64,000 bases of DNA from Blastocladiella emersonii ATCC 22665 (Eukaryota; Fungi; Blastocladiomycota), in NCBI GenBank assembly GCA_025594325.1, contig JANHCV010000006.1, positions 1,612,001-1,676,000 of the forward strand, in the 5' to 3' direction. Shown here piece by piece: positions 45,319 through 57,076 of this stretch. Numbering within the stretch: position 1 is the stretch's first letter; each line of letters begins with the position of its first letter. The position numbers and the translations under genes are program-made. The notes under the pieces are model-generated. The model did not search any database and had not been told where the DNA came from. It was given only the letters and a program-made list of their open reading frames with translations.

Positions 45319-47666
45319 ATGCATGAAACCAATGAAGAAAACTTGATGCAATGGGCCCAGCAGCTCACCCTCGCTGGGATTCCCGCCGAGCTGTTGACCC
45401 AGGTGCTCCAGCTCGCCAAGCCCCAATCCGCAATCTGTGCGGCTGCGCGCGATCTTCGTGACGTGGCCCAAACTCCTCTCATCAAGCACGACTGGATACA
45501 GCGTACTATCGATCACGGTCTGCCTAATAAATGGCTGGGTGAGTACAGGGACAGCGACTCTATCCTCACGTCAGACAGTGGTGCGCTCCTTGAATACGGC
45601 TATCGAGGCGACAACCGTCGGGTCGCACCTGGCGATGCATCTTATGACTACGTCGTGTCGCTCTTTTTTGCCCTCCGCGACTATATCCTTCCGCTTGCGT
45701 CAAGCAATATACGCTTCTGCACGACCAGCGTGGAGTCGTTCCACGCGGGGCTCGACTCCTTGATTGGCGAGTTTTATCACCACCAGTGCAACGAGTCTCC
45801 CCTCGAGTGCCTCCTCCAGCTCCTTTGCCTTGCAACCATTCGACTCGACCCTCCGTCGTTGGCGCGCCTTCTCTCAACAACCGCGCAGGAGATCCCCAAC
45901 CTTTTCCGCATTCGACTTCGCAGCCGTTCGTGGGTTATCTTCGCAGAGCAGAGCCAGGAACTGCTTTTTGGACCTGTGCGCACCTGGATGGACACGACAG
46001 ACGGAACGCAGATCCGCCTCATGGACTATCTGGGCCTGCTTGCCGTGTTTCTTTGGGACCTGCCGACCCTACATGTATTGCGCAACGTACCGGGCGCGAG
46101 TATTGACCTACGTTGGCTCGTTGGCTCGTTAAACGACGACTTACTCTCTGTCCCGCTCCTTGAGAGCGTCGCCCTCGGCAACTTCAAACCACAGGACGTG
46201 GCGCTGCTTCTCCAGTGGCTCCTCAAGGAAGCTTGGACCGGCGAACGAGTACGCTTCGGCCCGAATCACCTTGTCTCCTATCTCTTTCGATCCCCTGCAG
46301 CGCTTCACACGCTTCATTTCCTGGAGGTGCTCGAGCCCCAGCGCGTGCGCATCTCCATTTCACCAATCGAGCGCGGTCTTCTTGTCGCGGGACTTGAATC
46401 ACGCACCACTACGGTCGACTTGGATTCTCTGGCGACGCTGCACAAGCTCAACCTGCTCAATGAGCTTGGCTGGGCGCACATCCTCAACTTTGCGATCCAC
46501 GAGGAGAATGGTGGGCTCTCCAGTCCTCTTGCGACTCTTGCTGCAGAGCAATTGGCGGATCGTTTTCAAAACGCACTTGTCAAAGGTACCGTCTGCTTTG
46601 CGGCGAAACTGGCTTTATGCAGGGCAGCTAACACAAACCCGAAACCAACTGTGCGTGTGTAGCCTTCCGGCTTTCGCTTCAGCTGCATCCCCATCAGCCC
46701 AAACCGCATCAATTTCTTGCCTTTGCTCGACTTCACCTTGCCGGGGACGCTCTCGAGCACGGCCTGATTCTTCAGCTCGCTACTGCCGTGCACGAGGTGG
46801 TCTTGGAGCGCGGTGCCGATCTTTGCGAGCACACTCCAGCTTGCCCTCATCCCAGCGCTTGCCGGATCTTGACCGCCGTGTTCGCGAGCAACCACAAGGC
46901 GGAAGTGTGGGATATTTTCAAACTCGCGAACGCGACGGTCCTCCTGCTCTCAACCTCAGCATGTGCGCCTCTGACTTCGGTCCCAGTCGCAGCGCTGCAG
47001 AGTCGTCTGTTGCGCGACAACGCGATTACACTGATCAGGGACCAGGACACTGCGCACTTGTTCCTTGGCGCGATGATCTGGGCGCAGACGAGAATGCGAA
47101 CCGGCCACCATGCTATCACTTGGACCTCGCCGTTCCGCAAACCTTGTGGCCATTGTCACCTGCTGCAGCAACGCGTGTGGCTTACAACAATCCGCGACCT
47201 GCTTGATGTTGGTCCAAACGTGTTGCGCCGGCTCCCCGTCGTTGCCGTCGCCGAATTGGACCGCTTCCTACGCTTGTTCGACGACCTCGAGTACAAAGTT
47301 CCGCTTCAACCGGACACGAACCTTGGCTACGTGGGCGCCTGCGACTCGGCATGCGACACCACCCTTCACCCGTTCCTTGAAATGTACCAGCATCTCATCC
47401 GCGCCGACCTCGCCAGTCTCCTGGACAAGCTTTGCGACGAGAACCGACCAGTCAAGCCGCTTCCCATTGCGTTCTGGAAGGCCGTACCTTCTGGCGCGCT
47501 TGACGGTGTCAAGGACGCCCACTGGATCGCGCAGATGGCGATTCGAGCGATCCGCAACCACGAGACAGCCGGCGGAGTTGCCAAAGAGCTTCGTCGTATT
47601 GCTCCAAAGACAGTTGCTTCCCACGAGTACGCCGAGGCCATGGTTGCGCTTGTCCACGAGAATTAG
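45319..47666 (+). CDS. Tandem-array paralog 1: F-box-like, Cys-rich unknown protein (~756 aa)
   Basis: Exon 45319-46585, intron 46586-46662 (GT..GCTAAC..TAG), exon 46663-47666; the frame checks. N-terminus is LTLAGIPAELLTQVLQL. Confidence 0.8.
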
Positions 47667-47957
47667 CCTTGATCGGGACGTGCGCCCTTGACCCGCGACC
47701 TTTGTTATTCAGTTATTCACACGCCTGTCCTCCTGTCGTTTTCCTGACGCAGTTCAATAACATCTCAGTTCCAACTCTTCGTTCTAGTGCTCATGAGGCC
47801 GCCCCCCAGCGCCTTTGCGCGCAGAACTTGCTAAACTCGTCTCCCCTCGTCAGGAACTCGCCCTACCGATGGCAAGTATTCGTTGAGCCGTGATTAGAGC
47901 CTCGGGGTTATAAAAACATTGTTCAGCAGTGCCCTGATGCCCGCAGGGTTGACTGGA

Positions 47958-48000
47958 GAGTCGCGTTGCGCCACACACCTGCCATCACATGAGTGTGGCG
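47958..48000 (+). promoter_or_regulatory. Array upstream element copy 2
   Basis: gagtcgcgttgCGCCACACacctgccatcacatgaGTGTGGCG (8-bp inverted repeat), ending 73 nt before ATG 48074. Confidence 0.6.
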
Positions 48001-48073
48001 CCGGGCATATTTGGGGCGGCCCGGTCAAGTGCGGACGGCGTTGCACACGACGACACTCTCGACAACAGCAACC

Positions 48074-50387
48074 ATGAACGAAACTAATGAAGAAAACTTG
48101 ATGCAACGGGCCCGGAAGATTACTCTCGCTGGGCTCCCCGTTGAGCTGCTGACCCAGGTGCTGCAGCTCGCCCTGCCGCAAACCGACATCTGCACCGCGG
48201 CTCGCGACCTTCACACCGTGGTCCAATGCGCTCCCGTAAAGCGCATTTGGCTCCGAAATCTACTTGATGATTGTGTGCCTGACGAGTGGCTGGACGGCTA
48301 CTGGCAGGGCGAAGACTGCTTCACGTCTGATAGCGGCGCGCTTCTTGAATACGGCCATCGAGGCGGAAACTATCGAGTCGCACCCGGCGATGAGTTCTAC
48401 GATGACGTCGCGTCGCTGTTCTTTGCCCTCCGCGACTACATCCTTCCGCTCGCTTCAAATGCCATGCGCTCCCGCGCAACTAGCATGGACTCCTTTTGTG
48501 CGGACCTCGGGTCCTCGATTGGCGAGTTTCATCACCACCAGTGCGACGAGTCTTCCATCGAGTGCCTCCTACAGCTCCTCACCCTAGCAACGATTCGACT
48601 TGACCCGTCGTCCGTGGCGCGCCTTTTCTCAACGACAGCGCGGGATCTCCCTGACCTTTTCCAGATCCGACTTCTGCCCCGCCATTGGGTTATTCTTTCA
48701 GTGCAGGGACACGAGCTGCTATTCCATCCTGCAGAGAGCTGGCTGGACGAGATGGACGGGACCCGCGTTCGCCTCTTGGACTATTTGGGCGTGCTTGCCG
48801 TCTTCCAGTGGAGCCTTCCGACCCTCATTGCCTTGCATGACCTGCCTCGTCGGGGTACAGCAAGCGCTGGCTCGCCAAAACTTTCAACGATGCCGACACG
48901 CTTTCGGTAGCGCTGCTGGAAAATCTCCCCGAAACTAGGTCCAACACGGTGGAGATGCTTCAATGGCTCCTCAACAAGTCGTGGACCAACGGCCGCGTGC
49001 ACTTTGGGAACAAGCACCTCGTGTCCTACCTTATTCACTCTCCCGCCGTCCTTCATCGACTTGAACAGCTCGAGCCGCAACGTGTATCCGCCTCCATTGG
49101 CGAACGCGAGCGCGAACATGCTTCTCAGTACCTGGTGTCGTCCAAAGTTCCTTTGGATGCCTGGGAGACTTTCGACAAGCTTAACCTTCTCACCGAAGGG
49201 AAATGGGCACACGTTCTCACGTTTGCGCTTTACGAAGAAAACGGTGAGGCTTCCGGTCCGCTCGCAACGCTTGCTGCGCGGCTTCTGGGCGATCGACTGC
49301 AGAGCGTCATTGAACCGGGTACGCTTGCCCAGCCAAATTGTCGTCACGCGCCATGCCTCTAACGCGAAGTCTGCTGTTCCTAGCCTATCGCGTTTGCCTT
49401 CAACAGCAAATTGAAGAGCCGCGAGAGTGTATTGAACCGGACCAATTCCTTGTCTTCATTCGCCAGCATCGCTCCAACGACGCTCACGACCTTATTACCA
49501 AGCTTGCCTCAGTTTTGTCCGAGGAAATCCGCCTCTCCGACGCGGCGGAATGCGTGCACCTAGTGACTTGCCCGCGTCCCGGCGCTTGCCGAATTGTGAC
49601 GGCCGTCTTTCCCAGCGACCACAAAGCGGACTTGTGGGATGTGTGGCTTCTCGCGAACGCCGCCGTCGTCCGGCTCTCAACCGCGGCCTGTTTAACTCTT
49701 GCGTGGGTTCCTGTTGCCGTCTTGCAGAACGAATCGTTGCGAGACGAGGCGGTCGCGCTCATGAAGGAGCGCAACACGGCGCCCAAGTTTCTTGGCGCCA
49801 TGATCTGGGCTCACACCGTCGCCAAATCAGGCGAACATATCATTGCACATTCCTCCGGCTTCACCTGCAGCAATTGCCCGCTCATGCTTCAGGGCGTCTG
49901 GCTCGAGACCATGCGTGATCTTTTGGCGGTCGATTCCAATGTCTTGCGCCGGCTTCCGATTCCTGCCTTCGAGGCTCTCGCCCAGCTTCTCCATCAGTTC
50001 GACAACATTTCCAATGTCATCCCGTTGCGGCCGGGTACAAATGAATCGTACAGGGCGAGCTGTGACTCGGCGTGCGATGTGATTGTTCGCCCGTACCTTG
50101 AAATGCTTTGGCTTCTCATCAAGACTGACCTCGGCGCTCTTGTAAACCTGTTTTCCGTGGCGCTTGGGGAATCGCACCATATTCCCCTTTCCTTTTGGAA
50201 GGCCGTACCTTCAGGTGCGCTGGACGGCGTCATGGGCGCTGGGTGGATCGCAAAGCTCGCCCTCGAAGCGATTTGGAGCGGTTTCAAGTCCCGCGAGATC
50301 AACAAGGAGCTTCGCCGCATCGCTCCGAAAACGGTCGGATCAGACGAGTACGGCAAGCTCATGGCCGCGCTTGTTCATGGCGAATGA
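48074..50387 (+). pseudogene. Tandem-array paralog 2, frameshifted (1-nt deletion near 48857-48862)
   Basis: Homology switches frame: DLPRRG | KRWLAKTFND..LLENLP. Intron is 49319-49383. The spliced length of 2249 nt is one short of a multiple of 3. Confidence 0.7.
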
Positions 50388-50641
50388 ACAAGATCGCGAT
50401 GCGCACCCTTTTGTTTCACGATTGAATTTTGAACTTGTTTTCTCTGGTTCCAATCTGTATTGAATCTCTGCCCAGCTCATGGGACCTCGTCAGGTAGAAG
50501 TAGCAGGTTGACGAGCTAAGTCTCGCCAAACATCGGGACTGCAGGACACTGTGCGCTTATGGATCGTGTTGAGGATCTTTGAGGCTACATGGAACAGCTG
50601 CCTAACTCTACCATGGACTCTGCCCATTGAAGTCGACTCGG

Positions 50642-50684
50642 GAGTCGCGTTGCGCCACACACCTGCCATCGCGTGAGTGTGGCG
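50642..50684 (+). promoter_or_regulatory. Array upstream element copy 3
   Basis: gagtcgcgttgCGCCACACacctgccatcgcgtgaGTGTGGCG, ending 72 nt before ATG 50757. Confidence 0.6.
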
Positions 50685-50756
50685 TCGGAGCTTCCCACCT
50701 TGTTTCAGCTCCAGATCGGAGGGTCGCGAGCGTCAATCCCATCGACAGCACCAACA

Positions 50757-53062
50757 ATGAATGAAGCGAATGAAGATAACTCGATGCAATGGGCTCAGCG
50801 GCTCACCCTGACTGGGCTACCTGTCGAGCTCCTGGCCCAAGTGTTGCAGTTCGCCCGACCTCAATCCGCGATTTGCGCGGCTGTGCGCGATCTCCGTGAC
50901 GTGGCTCGATCTCCTCTTGTCAAGCACCTCTGGATCCAATTCCGACTTGAACGCGACCCACCCGAAGACTGGTTTAACGACTACATGGAATGCGACGACT
51001 TTTTGTCGTTGGAAAGTGGCGCGTTGCTTGAATATGCAGGTGCCATCAACCGAGTCTTTCCTGGAGACGCGTCGTTCGACTACGTTGTCTCCCTCTTCTT
51101 CGCTCTCCGCGACTACCTTCACCCGCTCGCATCAAACGCCATGCGCTCCTGTAATACACCCGCCATGGTGCTCAAATCTTCGATTGACGAGTTTCTCGGC
51201 GCCAGGCACGACTGTAAACAGTTTCCAGTCGAAGGTCTTGCGCAGCTTCTTGCACTTGCTGTTGTCTTCTTGGACTCCCCGTCACTTTCGCGCCTTCTCT
51301 CAGTAGCAGCGCACGAACTGCCCGAGATATTTGGAATCCAGCTCCCCTGTCGTTCATGGGTCGTACTTTCGGAACAGATATGGAAACTATTCGAGTACGC
51401 GGGCGATTGGGCCGACGAACTGGACAGCACGCACCTGCGGCTCATCGAGTTTATGGGCATTATCGCCGTTTTCGTGCGGAATTTGGACAATCTCTTTGCC
51501 CTGCGCGATGCGCCATTGGTGGGACTCGACACGCGTTGGATCGCCACAGCCTTTCGCAGCAATGCACTCTCCGCGACGTGGCTGTTGAATCTTCCTTCAA
51601 TCGGCATGACTTCCAAGGTGATCCGGGATATTACATCCATGCTCCAGTGGCTGATGCGGGAAGCTTGGGCTGACAAGCGCAACTTCATTAACGACGGTCA
51701 TCTCTGCAGGTATCTTACTCACAGCACGCCGGTTCTTCATGAACTGGAACAGCTCGAGTCTCAGCGGTTGTCCATTTCAATTGGCGAGTACGAGCGCGAG
51801 TACGTCGCAAGCGAGCTTCAGATTGAAAATGTCGAAGAGAAAAAAACAGTTACCGTCAACTTCAACACTGTGACAGCCTTTCACAAGCTCCACCTCCTCA
51901 ACGAGCTTGCTTGGTCCCGCGTTCTTGTTTATGCGCTTTGCGATCGGAACGGTGGACCGGCTGGCCCGCTCGCGTCGCTCTCTGCGCAGCTGATGGGAGA
52001 TTGTCTTCAGTCTGCCGTCGTTCAAGGTGTGTATGACGCGGCGGAGCACGCTGCAATGTGTTAGCGATCACGGTAACCAATCTCTTTTCGCGTTTAGCCT
52101 TTCGAACTTGCCTCAAGCTGTCCCCACGTCATCCGGACCCATGCCAAGTTCTTGCCTTTGTTCAACAGCACCGCCCAGACGACGCCCTAGGCCTGATGCC
52201 CCTGCTTGCAGCGGGATTGCGTGCCGCGATTCGCCTTTCGGAATCGACAGAGTGCTTCGACCTCAAGAAACCCTCCCCAATTTTGCTGGCTGTGTTTGAA
52301 AGCAGTCACATCTCTGTCCTGTGGGACCTGTTTCTGCTCGCGAACTTTGCCGTGCTTGAGCTTACGCTCTCAGAGTGCGCTGAGGTCGTTTGGGTCCCTG
52401 TTGCTGCGTTCCAAAACGATCTGCTTCGCGAAAAGTCCATCGCACTTATGGTGCAGCATGGAACCGCACACATCTTTCTTGGCGCAATGATCTGGGCGCA
52501 AACCGCCGGGCGAGTCGGTCGCCATACCTTCCCACTAGCTGCGCCCATGACGCAGTCGTGCGGGGATTGCGACTTGTCGCGCCAGCGCGTGTGGCTCGAG
52601 ACTTTCTGTACCATTGCCGCTGCCGACCAACGCGCCATGTATCAAATTCCGCATGGTGCCGTCCACAGCCTCGTCGACGCGCTATCCTTTCTCGAGACCC
52701 CAAGTGAGTCTGGTTCCGAATCCAACCCGAGCGCCTGCAGCTCTGCATGCGACACGCTACGGAACCCGCTCCACGACTTACTCCAGCTGTTCATGGGCGA
52801 CGTTGTGGGCACCTTTAAGCTTTTCGGGGACATCATCAATTTGGAAGCGATCCTTCCCCTCGCGTTTTGGCAAGCCGTTCTGACTGGCGCGCTTGATGGT
52901 ATCAAGGACGCCCAGTGGGTCGCAAGTGCCGTCGTCACGGCCCGATGCGATCCTTGCACGTCTCGTCAAGTCGTCGCGGAGATTCGTCGCGCGGCCACTG
53001 AGACCGTCAAGACGCGCGAATACGCCGACGCCATCTTTGCCGCCATCAACTTCGAGTCGTAA
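50757..53062 (+). CDS. Tandem-array paralog 3 (~744 aa)
   Basis: Exon 50757-52026, intron 52027-52097, exon 52098-53062; the frame checks. It shares the same motifs (SGALLEY, LFFALRDY, FLGAMIWAQT, GALDGIKDA.W). Confidence 0.8.
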
Positions 53063-53367
53063 GCGGACGACGTTGTTTTTGTTCTTGTGATATACTTTTT
53101 CAGTTTGAAACATGTTGCGCGTATCTCATGACGGGTAAAAACCTCGTTTTTGTCTCTGAATTAAATGCGCTCAAACATTAGCGCCGCCCTCTACACTCTC
53201 GCGCGCCCGTCTAGTGCTGTTGCAGGACGACGATGGGGAAAGGGCAAATCCGTCACACATTTGGTCGGGACTTGGATCGCGACCGTACCACTGCGAAAGT
53301 TCATGACCTCTTCTTGAAGAAGTGGGCTTTAACGGACACGCTCCGCTCTCGGCCCCTGCGGAGGCGA

Positions 53368-53408
53368 GAGTTCGCGCTGCGCCACGCATGGGTCTCACAT
53401 GTGTGGCG
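53368..53408 (+). promoter_or_regulatory. Array upstream element copy 4
   Basis: gagttcgcgctgCGCCACGCATGggtctcaCATGTGTGGCG (11-bp stem with one G-T pair), ending 68 nt before ATG 53477. Confidence 0.6.
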
Positions 53409-53476
53409 CTCGGCAGGTTCGTCAAGCGTTTGGGAGCCCGGTGCCCCGGCATGTTCCTCCTGCGATGGATGCAACC

Positions 53477-55830
53477 ATGAACGAAACCAATGAAAATGAC
53501 TTGATGCAATGGGCTCGGGAGCTCACCCTAACTGGAATTCCTATCGAGCTGCTGACCCAGGTGCTGCAGCTTGCCCATCCCCAAACCAAGATCTGCTCGG
53601 CGTCGCGCGACCTCTACGTCGTGGCCCAGTCCACTCTCGTCAAGCACACTTGGGTCCAGTACATTCTCGCCCGCAGCCCGCCGGACGGATGGGTGACACG
53701 GTACACGGACGATGCCAGGTTCTTTACTTCGAATAGCAGCGCGCTGCTCGAGTACGGGCACAGGGGCGATACCTGCCGGTTTGAACCCGGTCACCCTTCG
53801 TCCGACTGCGACATTTCGCTCTTCCTTGCCCTTCATGATTACATTCTCCCGATGGCATTGGTCGCCATGCGCACTTGCTCCACTGGGACCACCACGCTCT
53901 ACGAAACGCTCAAGTCAACCATCGGCCAGTTCCGGCGCTGTCATCGCGCTTGCAAGACATCGCCCATCGAAACCTTGCTCCAGCTCCTGATTCTCGCAGC
54001 AATTCGACTCGACGCACCGTCCGTGACGCGCCTTTTTGCGACCACGGCGCGAGACTTGCCTCAAATCCTCCGCACCCGACTCCCGTTCCGCACGTGGATC
54101 AGCCTTACCGAACAAGGAACCGATTTGCTTCTCAAGCCCGCGCGCAAGTGGTTGGACGACATGACTGAGTCCCGTCCGCGACTCCTCGACTTTTTGGGCA
54201 TCCTTGCCGTCTTCTTGTGGAGCTCGCCGACCCTGCTTGCCCTTCGCGACTTGCCAACGCTGGGACTCGACGCGCGCTGGCTCGCGGACACCTTTGACAA
54301 TGACTTGCTCTCGACTATTCTCCTGGAGAGCGTTCCCACGGCCAAGGTCAGTAACAAAAAGGTCGAGGATATTGCTCTGACGCTCCAGTGGCTGTTCAAC
54401 AACGCTTGGACTGACGGGTCCATCGTCTTCAACCGCTACCATCTTGTCGACTACCTCTTCCGATGCCCTGGACTTCTTCCGCTGCTTGACAACCTCGAGT
54501 CGAAGCGCATTTCGGCCAACATCTTCTCTTACGAATGCAGGCGTCTCACAACCCAGCTCGAAAAGGGACGCGTCTGCCTAGACACGGACGCGGTGGCCAC
54601 TTTCCACAAACTTAAACTTCTTGACCTGTTCGGTTGGGTGCAGGTTGTCTTGTGTGCGCTTGATGAGCGAAACGGTGGACCGTCCAGCCCGCTCGCGACG
54701 CTCTCTGCGCAGCTGCTCGGCGACCGCTTTCAGGACGTTGTGGTTGAAGGTACGCAATTCTCAGATTTAGCGCACGACCATGGCGGGTTGCTGATTCACA
54801 TTCGGAGCGATACTGTCTAGCTTTTGAACGTTGTGTCGAGCCAGATGAGGATTTGCCTTCGACGGCTGTCATCCTTGCCTTCATTCGCATGCAACGCCCA
54901 GATGAGGTCAATGATCTCATGCCCAAGCTTTCCTTGTCGCGTTTCAACATGGTCGGCGAGGATGAAGACGACATTTGCACCCATCACTCCAATTGCCCAT
55001 ACCCTCGCGCTTGCTTGACCTTGACGGACGTGTTTTCTCACGCCAGCAGCAATCTCAATTGGCTGTGGGACACGTTCCTCCTCGCCAATGCAACGGTTGC
55101 CCAGCTGTCTGAAGTGGCATGCGGGCCGCTCGCTTGGGTTCCTGTGGCCGTGCTGCAATGTTGTTCGCTGCGCGACAACGCGATTGCGAAGATCAAGGAC
55201 CACGAAACTGCGTATTTGTTCCTCGGAGCGATGATTTGGGCGCAATCCACTGACCGGACCGGCCGCCACTACATTGCCAAGGCCGCCCCGTCCAGTTTCA
55301 CCTGTGACACTTGTCCGCTGATGCGGCAGCGCGTGTGGTACACAACGATCCGCGAGATCCTCGAGCTTGGTCCAAACGTTCTGCGCCAGCTGCCCGTTCG
55401 TGCCCTCCGAGCTCTTGTCAAGGTGCTTTTCGACTACGACAACGACCTTGCTTACGTAGTTTCGCTTGGTCCAGATTCAGACCAGACACCGGAACCGTGT
55501 CTCTCGTCATGCGATGCCGTTTACCATCCATACGTCGAGCTGCTCCAAACTCTCATCCACGCCGACTTTGCCGCCCTGCTGGATCTGTTTCGCGACGAGA
55601 TTGGTCCAAAGTCCTCGCTCCCCGTTTCCTTTTGGAGGGCGGTGCCCGACGGCGCGCTTGACAGCGTCAAGGACGCCTCCTGGATCGCGCAAGTGGCCAT
55701 CCGCGCGATTCGGGACCGCGCGGCGCCCAGTAAGGTGGCCCACGAGCTCGCTCGTATCGCGCCCAAGACGGTCGCTTCGGACGAGTACGCCAGGGCCATG
55801 GTTGCGGCGGTCCACAACAAATCGGTTTGA
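53477..55830 (+). CDS. Tandem-array paralog 4 (~760 aa)
   Basis: Exon 53477-54749, intron 54750-54820, exon 54821-55830; the frame checks. Confidence 0.8.
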
Positions 55831-55976
55831 TTGAGACGCGGTTGCTTGGTGGAATCGTTTCTGTGATTTCAGTTATATCTTCCTCAATTTTCTCTTGCAC
55901 GCGTATGCAACATACCTTTGTTTTATCCTACATTATTGATGAAATACTGATAGAGAAAATTGCATATGCAGCTCAA

Positions 55977-56012
55977 GTCGCGTTGCGCCACTTGCGTGGC
56001 ACACATGCGGGC
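55977..56012 (+). promoter_or_regulatory. Orphan, partly degenerate fifth copy of the array element (no paralog follows)
   Basis: gtcgcgttgcgccac is identical to copies 2 and 3 and is followed by cacatg. No MNETNE-type ORF lies downstream. Confidence 0.5.
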
Positions 56013-56537
56013 GGATCTTGGTCCTGCTCGCTCGTCTTCGTCCAATCAAATGCCCGATCACGTCGCGAAAGAATAAATTGTTCATTAATAGAACAATTCA
56101 AACACGTTTACGCTGAAATAAAGACTAGAAATGCGACAAGGAAGGGGATCGAGGGCTCAAGCGGGACGTGGTCGCTTGGGCCGCACACGTCGCCGAGGGC
56201 CTCGCATGATGTGTAGTCGGTCTCGCGGGCCGTGGGACCGTGCTCCTCGCGCCACAGAACAACGAGCTTGATCTCGGCCGAGAGAAGTTTTATGTCGTCG
56301 TGCTCCGTCTTAGCTGCATGTTGAGAGCGGGAGCTGCCTGCTGCTCGTGAGGTGAACGGAGCGCGCTGGCCTGAACGCGAATGGCAAGTGAGGTGACTCT
56401 TCTCCGCGATCACGCAGGGATGACCAACGCGTGACGGGCGCGTCGACCCACGGTTGACCGGCAACTGTGGTTTGCAGGAGCCAGGTATATTGCGAAACAG
56501 TTAAGCGGTCGACGAAGGAAATAGTAGTAAGGTTTTC

Positions 56538-57076
56538 ATGGGCAAGGGACCGCGGCGAGCGGCTAGGCGTCATCAAGCAAGCATGTGCAGCACCAAATTC
56601 ACCAACGAGGGCTGCCGCAAGGCGTTCTGGGCCGACCTCGCCCGCGCGCTGCGCGGCCACGTCGTTCTCATGGCCGCAACTTCTCGGGCTTCGGCATGAT
56701 CTCCGCGGCCGACAAGGGCCCCGTGGTCGAGATGGTCAAGGAGCTGCGCTCGCGCGGCGTCACCGTGTACGCCGTTGACGAGAACTTCTTGAGCAAGTGG
56801 TGCGCCGCGTGCGCCATGGCCGACCCCGCCGCCGCCAAGGCCAACAAGACCAACCTGCTTGGCAAGAAGGACAAGAAGGTGTACCAGACGCGCGCGTGCC
56901 GTCGCTGCGGCGTCCGCGTGCAGCGCGACCGCAACGCGGCCGTCAACATCTCGTTCGCCATCAAGCAGCTCGTCTTCGAGGACCAGGCCAAGGACGCGGA
57001 CGGCAACCCGCCGCCCGCCGCCCGCCCCAAGCACCGCTACCACCGCAAGTGCCGCACCACGCCCACGGTCGAGTAG
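56538..57076 (+). mobile_element. TnpB/Fanzor-family RuvC-zinc-finger remnant (5'-truncated, frameshifted)
   Basis: The C-terminal frame reads VYAVDENFLSKWCAAC...CRRCGVRVQRDRNAAVNI (RuvC-II E, CxxC...CxxC, RuvC-III D). An upstream frame from ATG 56538 (..CRKAFWADLARALRGHVVL) joins to HGRNFSGFG by a -1 shift near 56669. No RuvC-I Asp segment is seen. Confidence 0.8.

Noticed and set aside
45206-55991. Regularly spaced conserved repeats as a CRISPR-like array
   Set aside because: The spacing is about 2.7 kb and the intervening DNA consists of paralogous genes. The context is eukaryotic and no cas genes are present.
56505-56540. AVDEGNSSKVF peptide resembling a second RuvC-II motif upstream of the Fanzor remnant
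   Set aside because: It is too short, is bounded by a stop at 56502, and lacks the following CxxC. It is probably chance.
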